A stretch of DNA of 64,000 nucleotides. It comes from Syncephalis fuscata S228 (lineage: Eukaryota; Fungi; Zoopagomycota). Positions 13,802 through 27,307 of this stretch are shown here, piece by piece. Under the pieces are notes generated by a model. That model ran no database searches, had not been told where the DNA came from, and worked only from the letters and a program-made list of their open reading frames with translations. The stretch lies in NCBI GenBank assembly GCA_025786725.1, contig JAHLTZ010000041.1:62001-126000 (forward strand). The letters are read 5' to 3'. Position 1 is the stretch's first letter, and the number at the start of each line of letters is the position of its first letter. The position numbers and the translations under genes are program-made.

Positions 13802-15053
13802 TTATTTCATATCAACCGGTTTAAGTAGCTCAAAGAAAGTATTCGATACTTCGCAGCCTTTATATTTTCCTGTATATAAAATTATCATGGCATTTACAAG
13901 ACGCTGTAATTTTCCTGCCTGCAATGCATCCAATTTAGGATAGCCTTGAGTTACTTGATTGGATTTAACTGGTTGGTATTCTGCTAATTGTTCAGAGTTG
14001 CTATCTAAAAGGCCAAATAAGTTCTCTATTCTAGCTCTATAATTGCCTTCCAATTCCATCCCCGTGACTGAGCCATAAGCTGTTTCAATAAAAGCTATAT
14101 CGTCTTTTTTACACAGAGAATTTCGCCAATAAAATTCCATCGAACCAAGTTCTGTCAATGGTGCCAGTTGTAAGGTTCTTTCAACATTGGTGTATACGAA
14201 ATGGACAAGATCATAATCGACAATGGTTGCTATCACCTTCCCAGTTGTTGGATGAAATCCAGCGATAATATCTAAATTGACTAGTTAGTGCACTATTAAA
14301 AATACTGCTATGCAACTTGCTTCTTTCAGCTATATCACCGTGTATAATACCAACACGACGTAAATAGAGTATACCTATAGTTCATTACAACATTCAATCT
14401 TTATCATTCAAATACAATAACCACTCACCCTGCATTGCTTGGTAAAATATTTGAGGTAAATATTCGGCTTTTGTCTGCAATGTTTTGCCATCGATAAAAT
14501 CGTCTAATGGTACACCGTATGCAAGTGTGTAAATAAAACAATTAGCCTGTACTTTTCTAAAAAATGTCGTAATATCGAATCGTTTTAACGGCAGCATAAT
14601 TCTATCTCTTCCTGGAATATTCAGCTTATCCTTGATCTTATCCAGTATCTAAGCAGTATCTAAGCAAACTGATGTTTACATAAGCTAAACTCTTACATCA
14701 AAGGCTTTGGTCTCGACTGTTATTGCATTTTTACTATTTACGCATTTAACAAATGCATATTGGTCTTGCCACTGTGAGTAACCAAAGCTTATTGTGGCAT
14801 TTGAAGCACTCCATTTAACTGGCTTTGTCAATCCAAGATACTTTTGGTTGTTTGCGTTATCCAGATAATCTCTACCAATCCCGTTGGATAATTTCTTTCC
14901 TATTAAACGTATATTAGTGCTAATGCTAATAATAACTACAATATATAGCTTACCATCAAGTGACCCGCCCACAGCACTGCTTGTCGGTATACTAAATAGT
15001 ATCATGGCTGTACAACCAGCAGTAGCAGCAGCAAAAATGCCAATTTTAACCAT
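13802..15053 (-). CDS. Secreted protein-kinase-fold protein, 5 exons
   Basis: Signal peptide MVKIGIFAAATAGCTAMILFSIPTSSA. Kinase subdomains after splicing: AFVKC (b3 Lys), ETKAFDIL (aC Glu), LPQIFYQAMQGILYLRRVG (aE), IIHGDIAERNII (catalytic loop, across GC-AG intron 14320-14272) and IVDYD (DFG position). Confidence 0.75.
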
Positions 15054-16143
15054 ATTGAAGCTGTGTTTCGCTATCTATGTGTGTTTTCAAAGTAAAGTTG
15101 GTGTGTAATCTATTGATATGAAAGGAAAAGTAGAAACGTTGAATTTTAGGACATTCTAAGCATAGCCAGCAATGCTGTAGAATTTATAGCCAACTGAGTA
15201 CAAATTAATTGCAACTCAGCCTATATTGGCCCAAAATGGAATTTTTTCTATGTAACCACTTTTTTTTTCTAGTGCAAGCCAGTAAGCTGAAATCCAAAAT
15301 AAAACATTAACCAAATTTGAGCAAATTGCACGACTGACTGATAATACAATACAAACTGTATTGGCTTAATAATAAGTCGACTACTATATTATTTATTATG
15401 TGAACTATTGTATAAATTGCCATATAAACAAAGCCAACACTTATTGCCTAAAATTACAGATTATTTATAGTACTTATTGGTATCTATATTATTATTTAAT
15501 TACGATACTGAATATTATATAAACTCATATACTTTTATAATTAAATAAGCATTAACATATATTATATTTTTAATATCTTCATTCAATTGAGAATAACTGT
15601 CGTTAAAATTGTTATTTTAAATATTATAACGCTGCTTTAATAATAAAGTAGTCATAAGATTAGATAAGATAAATAGCAATCAATTATAAGATGTACACTT
15701 AGTTGTTTAATAAAATATATGAATTTATATACTAACTATTAATGAATAGAATAATAATAGTGTTAGTATTTAATGATAATAATAACAATTTACATCTTCA
15801 TTATCCATAACGCTATGATTGTAATATTTATATGATATGTAAATTTAATTGCTAGTTTATTTTAGCCTGACAGTCGATTTTAATCAGCCGTTTAGATGTA
15901 CAGTGGAAATACCAATTAATAATAATTAAAACTCCGGATTGACATTTATTACTATTCAAAATTGCGCCAATTCAAAAGTATGACATGGACAGCAATTACA
16001 TCCGCCTACATGTTATTACGAGTGCAATATCGACAAAATATATATATCCAAATGCCAAAAATTAAATTTACATGTAATTTTAGCAAAAAAACATTCCTTA
16101 TTAGGAACATGCGTAAGACCGTCAGAAACGGGCTGTTTTCCAT

Positions 16144-16225
16144 CGTCAGCGACAGGATTTGAACCTGTGCGGGCAGAGCCCATGTGATTTCTAGTCACAC
16201 TCCTTAACCACTCGGACACACTGAC
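16144..16225 (-). tRNA. tRNA-Ser(AGA)
   Basis: GTCAGTG/CGCTGAC acceptor stem, anticodon loop CTAGAAA, long variable arm, GGTTCAAATCC T-arm. Confidence 0.95.
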
Positions 16226-17076
16226 TAACTATTAAATTCAAGCAATTTTTCCGCCGCCTGCCAGCAATTTTTTTGCTCTTGTTTTATTGTAAACTATGCA
16301 ATACACAAGCGATATATTAGAATTTTAATAATGCCATTGTATTCTAGAGCTACTCAAGTAGCTATGTACAAGTTTCAGGCAGATTGGAAATAAAACGACT
16401 GATAATATTGATAGGAAAACACTGTTAGATTATAAATGTTATATTTAAAATATTTGCTACATATTAGCGTTTGTAACTTATTCATTCTAAAACTAAGGAT
16501 TTAAGTATTAGATACAAGATTAAAGCAACAAGGCTGGCATTATGTGTTGAATACATTGTTGTATTGATTTAAACTGCAAATTGTATATTTTTATGAAATA
16601 TTATGCTATTAGCACTGGCAATAAGCCAATGTAATTTTATCATTTATAATCTACCAACTGCTATCTGCTTTGTATATAAATAATTTAACAAGTATTAGTA
16701 TATTAGTATTTGCTGTTGGTATAGTAATGGTTTACATACTACTGCTATTTGTTGCGCTACAATAGTTATAGTGTTTTCAATAAATGTTCTCCAATATTGA
16801 AGAAAATAATAATAAAATATCAACAGTTATGTGACTGATTGACCAGTAAAGTGCAGAATATTAAAGCCAATTAAGGTAGGTTGCAAAATAGTAGAATAAA
16901 TTGATAAACTGCCAGTATTTAAATTTAAAATAGGTCTTTATTTATTAAAAGCACTTTAAAACGTTTTAGAAAATATATCTTATACACTTTATTAAATAGA
17001 CTAATATATAAATTTATATTTATAGCTATTTGCTCATGTATAATTAGAGTTCACATTCGAGTAATTAGTGATTTAA

Positions 17077-19111
17077 TTAAACATTATGCGGCTGAACCAA
17101 AAACATGTTGCCTTTAGGACGTAGAGTAAAACTTTCAATTGGAGTCATGTCGTTCTTTGAAGATGGCGTAAATGTAAAATGTCGCATCAATTCAACGATG
17201 GTCAACCGTAGCTCCATCCAGGCAAGACTTGATGAATTACATAACGTATGTTAGCCTAGAGCACATAATAATTGTGCGTTTAACTTACTTGCGTGCTATG
17301 CAAGCACGAGGACCTATAGAAAAAGGAATGGAGTACTTTTTCATTGTAGCTAAGTGTTCAGGCGTAGTAAGCCAACGTTCCGGCCGAAATACGTGTGGGT
17401 CCGGAAACACGTTTTCATCAAAGTTTATTAAAATAATACATGATGTTACTACCGTCTGTAGAAATGTGTTAGCTCAATAAATTACAATGCTTTTTGCTTA
17501 CGCCGGGCGGTAGGAAATATCCACCCAACGTTAAGCCTTCTTCGGGTATTTCACGATATAAACCATGCGATACAATTGACCTCATACGCATCGACTCCTG
17601 TAGAACTGCCTCTAAATAAGGCAGCGATTTGATTGCGTCGTATGCAATTTCAGTGCTAGAATAAGGATACACAGCCATGATTTCTTCGCGTAATTTTTGA
17701 GCGCATTCTGGATATTCTGTCATAAAATACATGATCCTGATTTTATATCAATTCAGTTTTAACGGCTAGCAACACCAATACTTCTTACCAGGTAAGTGTG
17801 ACAGAAGTGGTGTCTGTACCGGCGACCCTAGATATAAAATTAGTCAACATAATAAGGAAACCATGTGATTTACATTAGTAGAATGGATTGAGCAACAATG
17901 GTTTCATTTGACATAGTGGCACCAGTTTCCTCATCAATAGCATCAAACAGCTGTTGTAGCGTGTCTTTACCACCATTGTAGTCGCTATTTCTTCTTTTCT
18001 CAACTGTTTGTTTGGCAAACTATATAATGCACCAATAAATATCAGTAATACCATATTTATATCGTCTTACATCTAAAAGACTATCCGTATCCTTGATATT
18101 TTGACGCGCCATACTAGGATGAAACAATGAACCAAGAAATAGTTTCTAAACAACAATTTAGACAAGCCTTTTTGCTGTCTACTACCTCACCTTCACTCCA
18201 AGTGTTGTAGCAGAATCTATCCAATCCATGATTGGATGAATCTTTTCGGTTTCATCAAGCAGATTAAATGATTTACCAAATCCTATTTTGCCAATAACGT
18301 CCTATATACTAATGTCAATCGAGCGATATTACTCGATCTGAATGGTACTTACAAATGCCATATACTTTAGCAAATTCATCAAGTCGATGGTTTCGCCGGC
18401 ATTAGCATGTCTGCGTAGCCTAGCTACAAGTCGCGCCACACCAACTTTATATATCATTGGTTCCAGTTCTTTAAGTGCAGTTGGTGTATAGGCTTGTCCC
18501 ATCAAACGTTTCTGTTTAGTTTTAATAAATGGTGCCAACTGTCATTGTTTGCAAATTACCTGCACGCGGTGAAATTCAATATCTCTGCATAATCAAAATC
18601 AATAACTATTCTATTTGTTCATTGCTCCTACTTGCCTAGTAGCAAACAAATTATCGCCGCCAATTTTAAAAGCATCAAATATTGCACCTTTTTTATATTT
18701 ATGCGAACTAAGCATTTTACGAATCATTTCCGATTCTGATACCCAAACTGTTTTTGGGCCTACAGTTCGGCGTCATGGGATGGTTAATATACAGACAGTA
18801 AAGACTATATACCTACCTGTGCGCACTATCGGTCCATATTTCTTATGCATGTTTATTATAATGTTGGGGTCTTCGGTGTAAAGTTGCTTAATATTTAATG
18901 CAACCACTGTCCATAGAGTAGGCCGTGGACCTGGAATCTTGGCCAGCGGACTTACAAATTCACATTCTATAATCTGCAAGTCAATATTTGTTAACACAGC
19001 GCTATTTGTTAATAGCAAACACACCTTTTGAACTATATAAGCTGCTCCAATGACTAACGGAATCTCCCACCATAAGGCTGAGGAAAATAGTGCTAATACT
19101 GCAAAAGGCAT
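17077..19111 (-). CDS. Cytochrome P450, multi-exon
   Basis: N-terminal anchor plus KIPGP, AGTDTTS (I-helix), ESMR (ExxR), FRPERW and heme motif FSIGPRACIARN. Confidence 0.93.
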
Positions 19112-19792
19112 GTTCGACTGAATAAAAGAAATAGTAGCTAAGGCGAAATACGGCGTCAGCAGCAAGCACGTCAAACAGGTCGACTATGCCGCTTTCCTGC
19201 CTTAAATCATAATCTGGTTGTCTTTATTTACGCTTTTATATTGTAAATCTATTTTTAAAATTATATAATAGCATAATACTTTTTTAAAAGTTACTGGTAG
19301 AATTATTAATACTTTAATTGATTAGCCAAATAATTCCATTGTAAATAGTAGTAATTCGTGAGCACTATAAAATAACATCAATAACATGTATCATTGTTTA
19401 ATAAAACGGCTATTATGTTCCATTATATTATGATGATTATGAAAAATTTGACTGAACATTAATTACGGTAAATTTTAACAGTATTTATTGACTGAGTTGT
19501 ATCTTGCGTCCCCTACTTCTTTCCACCATTCCTCTACTTCAGTGCAATAAAGTATTTTACAAAATCGATTGTAACGATTTAAATAATTAACAAGTCGATC
19601 AAATTGATTTATGTTCAAATTACTATTTGCCATTTGCAATCATTTTATTACACTTTTTTGTTTTCAATTAATATTTGAATTAAATTATTAGCTTAGATGA
19701 GACAGCGGTTTGTAGGCCTAGCCGTGGATTTGCAGCATTTGCCTGTCACACAAGCTTATACGTTTATTTTAATTGACTATTTTTAATAACAT

Positions 19793-20660
19793 TTAGTCTA
19801 TTAAACATGATAGTAGGTAGTGAGTGACATCAGTTATCAAACACTCATCATTATAGATTTATTATCTAATATGCATATATTATCACAATATGTGTTATTA
19901 CTACTTATACTCATCACTTTGCTTGATTAGCATTAAAATCATAACTAATTGACATGATCTGGTTTATTTATAAATAATCTTAATAAAACATAACTCCGTT
20001 CATATCCATATTATTTGTTCTACTAATATAACTCAGTGAATAGACTAAGTGCAATATGTTAATTTTATTAATAAAGAGTTGGAACCATACCGACAACGGT
20101 TATAGACAGCGTATGGCCAATATATAATAAAATAATAAAAATTGTAATGAATATGCAATATTGAAAGAGATTAGCAATGTTAAAGTTATTGAGCACATAT
20201 GCATGAGCAGGTGACTGACATTAGTTAAGATTTATTAATAATAAAGCTAGAACAAAAATAAAAACAGTTTTGGATATAGGAAGGCTAGGCAAATATAGAA
20301 TGATATATAAAATAATAGATGTACGGCGAAAAAGTATATAAAACGATGTCAAAGCTATAATGGATATAACGCAATAAGTGGACTGAGTAAAGTATATTGT
20401 CACATATAATAAATACATGTATTCAATATGTCATAGAACGATATAGAGCAGTGTGGGATAGTATAGAAATGATATAGGCGAATAAAGGATATATGCACAC
20501 TGAATATATGCGTACTGGATAATGAATCTACAATGATGATTAATTTAAGCTTTGATATCACTCACCACCCGTCATCATGCTCAATAGATTGAGTATTATT
20601 AAATGTAGCCATTTGACCATTAACTCACAATAAATGGCTAATAAATTCAATTAAATTGTA
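19793..20660. mobile_element. Non-autonomous TIR-like (MITE/foldback-like) dispersed element, copy 1
   Basis: Imperfect terminal inverted repeats of ~90 bp (TCTATTAAACATGATAGTAGGTAGTGAGTGACATCA... versus ...TGATATCACTCACCACCCGTCATCATGCTCAATAGA). Segment 19800-20220 is near-identical to 35050-35470 in reverse complement. Boundaries approximate. Confidence 0.6.
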
Positions 20661-21236
20661 TATAATAAATTACATACAATATTTTATATAATGATGTATT
20701 TATTTAACTCAATTAAAATTATTAAAATTAAAGGTTAAAAATGAAATGGTACATAGCATGTATATATTAATACAACAACAACGAGTGCGAAATGGCGTGG
20801 AATTGCGATCATATGGCTTCTATTAATATTTAATCAATCTTTCTACACATGGCCAAGAACAATAATAATCGGCCTCAAATGTTTCAATAAAATCAAATAG
20901 TATGTTACATTGTTTATTTAAACCAATTTATTAACAATATTTCAATAGAAAGTAATATAACCATGTTGTGTATAATAACGGCATGACTCTGATTGGAACG
21001 AATTGTGCTATTGTTAAAAAGAACCAAATTTGTATTAAATACCAATACAGTGAAACAAATTCTTGGGTGACCTGGTTACACGGCCATAACATATAGTGGT
21101 TTGTCGAAATCGGGTCTCATGACTTTTTATTCGCTGTTAGTGCGACTTGCTCAACTCGCCTGTACCAAGTAATTCATTATTCTCATCATTCTTTTCAAGT
21201 ATACCTTTTCTCTTAATTTGGCATTTACTTTGCAAT

Positions 21237-23771
21237 ATGAACAAGGAAGCTGACACGGAGACTGAAAAAACGGCCGGAAACAGCCAAAGTCAGGACACTA
21301 ATACAAATGGCAAGGATATATCTGCCGAGTCTAGTGAACAGAATGCAGACTCAATATCAGCTGCCGACGACAATAGGAACAACAATGGCGACCAGAATGG
21401 CCGTAGCGATATAAGCATTGATGATGAATATGCAGATCAGTTTGATTCGGTAGATTTATCTAATATTGAAGGTATTGGTCCCAATTTCCAGTCTCCACAG
21501 GAACAAGAGGCATATGGTAGGTGTTTGTGAAATGAAAGGTAGTGTAATAATTTATTATTTACTAACCATTGTGTAATATTAACAGATGATTTGGTTGCAA
21601 AAGCGGTAAGTAAAAGTGACTTTTATTTATACCAATATAGACTAATGGTCAATCCAATCTAGATAGTCGATTTCTTTCAAGGCAAGTTTGACAAGGCAGA
21701 GCGTGCTTTTTCCATTAAAGCAGACAAAGACCCACTTTCGGCCCTTACTATCGGTGCAATGAAATTTTTTAGTGGTAAGTAAATAGAAATACTATTAGCA
21801 TTACCAAATTGGTATATAACTAACATTTATCGATTATTCAGCCGTAATGACTTGTGAAGAGGTGGACATTGATGCAGCTAACCACCAGTTAAATTATTGT
21901 TGCGCGCTGGCTGACCAAGAGCGTGCTGCCACTCGGCCTGTGTCGGGTATAGCCTCAGTGGCCAATGCTGCAACTTCTGCCGTTACCAGTGTGGGTAAAT
22001 TCTTTGGTGGCGTATTATTTGGCAATGGCCAGCCTTCAGGGAAAAAATCAGCAAAGCAGCACAAACAATCGCGCAGTAGCAGTATGAGTTCATCGTCAGT
22101 AGCTGAAGCTACACTAAAACGACACAACTCTGAACTACGAGATGATGTCATTGGTGCTGAAAGTTTACTGCTGATAGCGCTTATTCAGCTACTGCAAGAA
22201 AGTATGGTTGGATTTCTTAAAGCTGGATTAAATTTAAGAAGAGGTAAGTACAAACACTGATTAATTACTGAAATTGCCTTTCTAACCACCACAAAGGCTA
22301 CAAGCAATATGAATCACTTTGGAAAGAAGTGAAGCAGTGTGGTGGACTCAATACATCATTAATAGATCGTCACACACTAAGTGGTGTTTCTTTTGGGTAA
22401 ATATTACACTCGATTGCAGTTTTAGATTATTGACTGTTTACTTAAACAATAGAATTGGTACAATTAATGTGGTACTGTCTGCTCTGCCAGCAAAAATTCT
22501 TCGAATGGTGTCAGTTTTTGGCTATACAGGCGATCGAGAGCTTGGATTTGAAATGCTGAACAATTGTTTAGATCAAAACGGACTATTGTCGCCGTTGGCG
22601 TTAATGTTGTAAGTATCTTGGATACTAATAATTAAAACGTATTTTAAATTATAAAAGTTTGATATTTTTTTATGCTGCGTTGACGCCGTTTGCACCCGAG
22701 GTCCTTGAGCCGATATATGGTAGAAAGGCTGACGAATATATAGTTTATGCCCAGAAACACTATCCAGGCAGTTCACTATACGGAATCCTAATTGCTCGCT
22801 ATGCACGACAGCGACGTAACCTTGAACAAGCAGTCAATGATTTGACCGCAATATCCGATGTGCCTTGGACTGAAACCGAGCGCTTCAAATCGACACCACT
22901 TGCACTAAAATCGTGGGAGGCACTATATCATTTATGTGCCTATGAACTAGGCATGACTGAACTATACCGGCTTAACTTTGCAAAAGCTGCCGAACATTAC
23001 AAAAAGCTGGCTGAGGTGCACTACTGGTCACAAATTACCTGCCGTTACTTGCAAGCCGTTTGTATGGAGGCGGCTGGTGATCTAGAAGGTGCAGAGACAG
23101 CCTACAATCAAGTGAAAGAAATTTCTGTCCGTAAATATAGTGGTCGTGTTATTAGTTCGGACCAATACGTGCTCCGAAAATTGAAAATGCGAGAAGAAAG
23201 CATAAAGAAGGGAGTAGAGGTGAGTAGTAAATAATATCCAGTTTAATTGCAATTAACACAAGACCATTAATAGCAGGATAGCTGGCGCCGTGCACTGGAA
23301 GTGTTGATCATTTGGAATGGACACACGTGTATGGAAAAAAGCAGATTGAACGCTGTCGTGACTGGGCTGAAAGGGCGTTAGAAACGGCCACTGGAGACGA
23401 TCGTGTCGTGACATTATGGATATCTGGCTGCATGCTTAAAGAGCTTGGCGAGCTGGATAAAGCAGATGAGCAGTTACGCCAAGCAGGAAGAATTAAAATG
23501 CAAAACGACACACTTGTTGGGCCGTTTGCACGCTACGAACGAGGAGTGGTGGCATGGCTACGTGGAAACAAAGAAGACGCCAAAAAGCACTGGGATAAAG
23601 CGCAAGCAGAAAGCAACGACTATAACTTTGAATTTCGGTAAGTGGATTTGATAATGTGTAAACTAACGGCTAACATTATGTAGTCTTGCATTCCGAATTC
23701 ATTTATGCCATGTTGGTATGGAGGATGCCGCTCAGGCGGAAAAAACGCCTACATTTATTCAATCAAGCTAA
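21237..23771 (+). CDS. Iml2/TTC39-family TPR protein, multi-exon
   Basis: Motifs ESMVGFLKAGLNLRRG, LSALPAKILRMVSVFGYTGDRELG, HLCAYELG and C-terminal YNFEFRLAFRIH. Confidence 0.88.
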
Positions 23772-24250
23772 AAAAGAAATTAATCATTTATTGGTACACT
23801 GACTAAATCATTAGCCCATACAGCTATTTTAATTATCATAAGTTTGCACTATCCATTAATAAGTGGTAATATTTAGAAGTTGTTGTTGGTTATAGAGCGA
23901 TGTAGCTTGAATTTGAATAGGACTATCATTCGAGAGGCATACTAATAAAATCTGTGCTTTATTGTACTTTTATATCGTTAGCTAACATTGTAAATATTTC
24001 CAATCTCACTTCATAAATAAAATATGTTGGATCCGATTATTATAAATTATGACTGTATTTTTATATAGCTTAAAACCTCCAATTACTTGTTTCTCATTAT
24101 ACAAATAATAAAATCAATTACTGTATATTAATTTGTTTAATCCAATACAATGAAATGGCAGCTATTTTTATTATGTGCACTGTATTTCAATCATTCATCA
24201 GAATCTAAAAATTATTTAACAAAGCACATTTTGCATATAGTTATGATAAC

Positions 24251-26500
24251 ATGACCAGACAACACACCACATGATTAAATAACATATTATGTGTAAACAT
24301 TTACAAAAATAATTTATGTTGGACAGCAATGCAATTACCAATAATAAACTGCTATTAAAATATGTCCAGTAAATACCTGTTAATTGTTTACATATAAACG
24401 ATAGCATAAACCGATAGCGACGTGTTAATAGTAAATTAGTATGAGGCTTTTAAAGCCATTATTAGCTATGCTTATTGTAGAATGATAACTTTAATCAATA
24501 TCAATAAAAACACCATACATTTAGTCTCACCGTATTTCTATTTCGTGGCCTATAAGTTATTCAAATGATTATATTTAAATTGTGATAATCAATTACAAAT
24601 AATAAGTAATTTGGTTATCAATAATAATAATAACCATTTAGCACATTGGTACCGTGTTGGAATAAATATTAGCGTGCATTAAAGGCTAACTTTATAGCAT
24701 AATGTCGAAATAAAATGTCGCTTAATCATATAGTGTAACTAGGTGATAAAAGGCAATGGAATATAGATTAAAAATAGTAATCATTTAATTAATAAAGCAT
24801 TGCTCAGATTACGTATAACTTTACGTATAATGAAGTAAATTGTCTGACATTTTGCACAAGTATGCGCATAGTCTATAGGTAGCTATTGGCAAAATATACC
24901 GTGATTGTATTGCATGATAGTGCAATGGTAGTGCTAATACGCTAATAAATGTACTAAAATAGCAGATTTTAGTCAGTTACGACTTACATAACTAAAATAC
25001 AGCAGAATGGCTACTGGATTCGAGTTCCCCATGCTTCGCTGTACCGATTGGTATAAGAAATGGAACGATGATTTTTGCAAAAAATGTTAGTCAAAAATGC
25101 AATTTACGCGTATTTAGTTAATGAAAAATGATTCAACTTTATAATCTTAAAACTTTAATGCAAGAATAAGGTTTGGTCCAAAGTAAATCCAAAGTGTTAT
25201 ACAGTACTAAACAAATATAATAAAAGGTGCTATGCAGAAATACCGATACATGGCGGCAGTTTATACCACAGATATACATATAACTGAGGTTTTGTTAACA
25301 ACTAAATACGCGTAAATTGCAATTTTGACTAACATTTTTTGCAAAAATCATCGTTCCATTTCTTATACCAATCGGTACAGCGAAGCATGGGGAACTCGAA
25401 TCCAGTAGTCATTCTGCTGTATTTTAGTTATGTAAGTCGTAACTGACTAAAATCTGCTATTTTAGTACATTTATTAACTTATTATTGCAGCCACTATACC
25501 ATCACGCAATACAGTTGCGGTATACTTTACCAATAGCTACCTGTATATCATATACATACTTGTGCAAAATATCATGTCATTTGATTCATTCTAGGTAAAG
25601 TTATACATATTATTATCAATATTTTACTGTGATTTAAAAATACGTAAATTGCATTTTTGACTAACATTTTTTGCAAAAATCATCGTTCCATTTCTTATAC
25701 CAATCGGTACAGCAAAGCATGTAAAACTCGAATCTAGTAGTCATTCTGCTGTATTTTAGTTGTACAGACCATGGTTGGCTAAAAACTGCTATTTTAGTAC
25801 ATTTATTAGCGTATTAGCACTACCATTGCACTATCATGCAATACAATCACGGTATATTTTGCCAATAGCTACCTATAGACTATGCGCATACTTGTGCAAA
25901 ATGTCAGACAATTTACTTCATTATACGTAAAGTTATACGTAATCTGAGCAATGCTTTATTAATTAAATGATTACTATTTTTAATCTATATTCCATTGCCT
26001 TTTATCACCTAGTTACACTATATGATTAAGCGACATTTTATTTCGACATTATGCTATAAAGTTAGCCTTTAATGCACGCTAATATTTATTCCAACACGGT
26101 ACCAATGTGCTAAATGGTTATTATTATTATTGATAACCAAATTACTTATTATTTGTAATTGATTATCACAATTTAAATATAATCATTTGAATAACTTATA
26201 GGCCACGAAATAGAAATACGGTGAGACTAAATGTATGGTGTTTTTATTGATATTGATTAAAGTTATCATTCTACAATAAGCATAGCTAATAATGGCTTTA
26301 AAAGCCTCATACTAATTTACTATTAACACGTCGCTATCGGTTTATGCTATCGTTTATATGTAAACAATTAACAGGTATTTACTGGACATATTTTAATAGC
26401 AGTTTATTATTGGTAATTGCATTGCTGTCCAACATAAATTATTTTTGTAAATGTTTACACATAATATGTTATTTAATCATGTGGTGTGTTGTCTGGTCAT
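24251..26500. repeat. Large inverted repeat with an internal ~340-bp tandem duplication and a 180-bp spacer
   Basis: 24251-24965 is the reverse complement of 25786-26500 (715 bp, no difference seen by eye). 24943-25119 is the reverse complement of 25300-25476 (2 mismatches seen). 25300-25640 and 25640-25980 are diverged tandem copies. Confidence 0.92.
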
Positions 26501-26677
26501 ATCATTATAATAATACAACATAATATTGAGATGTTAATAACACAAACACTTATATAAAAACAATGATTTAAATTGCCATCTTCAGCGTCATTGACATATC
26601 GATATCATTAGTATTATTAGTATTTTTACATTTTATAAAATGTGATTTATTTACTCTGTTGCGTCAACGAATTAGTC

Positions 26678-27307
26678 TTATTGCTGTGGCGTTTTTAGTT
26701 TGTTCATGGCCTCCATAACAATAGCATTACACATTTTTGCGTAAGGATTTTCATGTACGGCAGCTTCTTTTGCAATAGCACTGCCATGGCGACCACCTCG
26801 CTCAAAGTCGCGAAATGCAGCATCCGTATCGCCGCGTGCCTTATGGATAATGCCTCGTTGTGTATACGCTTGGCGCAATACAGTTGCATCATTGTTGGCG
26901 TGTTCTATGGCAAGATTCAAGTCTTCAAGCGCACGGTCCATATCGCCGACCAGACGATAAACCTGTGCCCGATTATTGTAAACAGATGCATATCTTGGAC
27001 ATAGCGTCACCACCTCAGTCAGTCGCTCAATGGCGCCAGGATAGTTGTCGGCTTCTGCCAATCTTACCCCTTCAATCTCCATTGCTTTCAATTTTGCTAA
27101 CTCTTCTTCTGGAATAGCATGCTGCTTTGGTGCTGGAACAGCAACGTCTTCTGTTGAAACTTGCTCATTGCTGTTAGAGGCAGGTGGTAAAAGAGCGTCC
27201 AAAGTCAACTCATTGCTCGAGTTAAAAATAAGGTCGAGGACCTGCTTGTCATGCTGCGATATTATTTCAGCAGCAGTGGCAGGCTTGGAATTGTTAGAAG
27301 TAGCCAT
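26678..27307 (-). CDS. TTC36: Tetratricopeptide repeat protein 36 homolog, single exon
   Basis: HDKQVLDLIFN, TPR segments (ASVYNNRAQVYRL; QAYTQRGII) and C-terminal NPYAKMCN. Confidence 0.88.
   Translation of the reverse strand: MATSNNSKPATAAEIISQHDKQVLDLIFNSSNELTLDALLPPASNSNEQVSTEDVAVPAPKQHAIPEEELAKLKAMEIEGVRLAEADNYPGAIERLTEVVTLCPRYASVYNNRAQVYRLVGDMDRALEDLNLAIEHANNDATVLRQAYTQRGIIHKARGDTDAAFRDFERGGRHGSAIAKEAAVHENPYAKMCNAIVMEAMNKLKTPQQ

Noticed and set aside
15962-16219. ORFs overlapping 16.0-16.2 kb
   Set aside because: They overlap the tRNA-Ser gene and are spurious.
25030-25075. U6 snRNA-like words (GCTTCG, AAATGGAACGAT)
   Set aside because: The ACAGAGA box and the rest of U6 are absent, and the match is too short.
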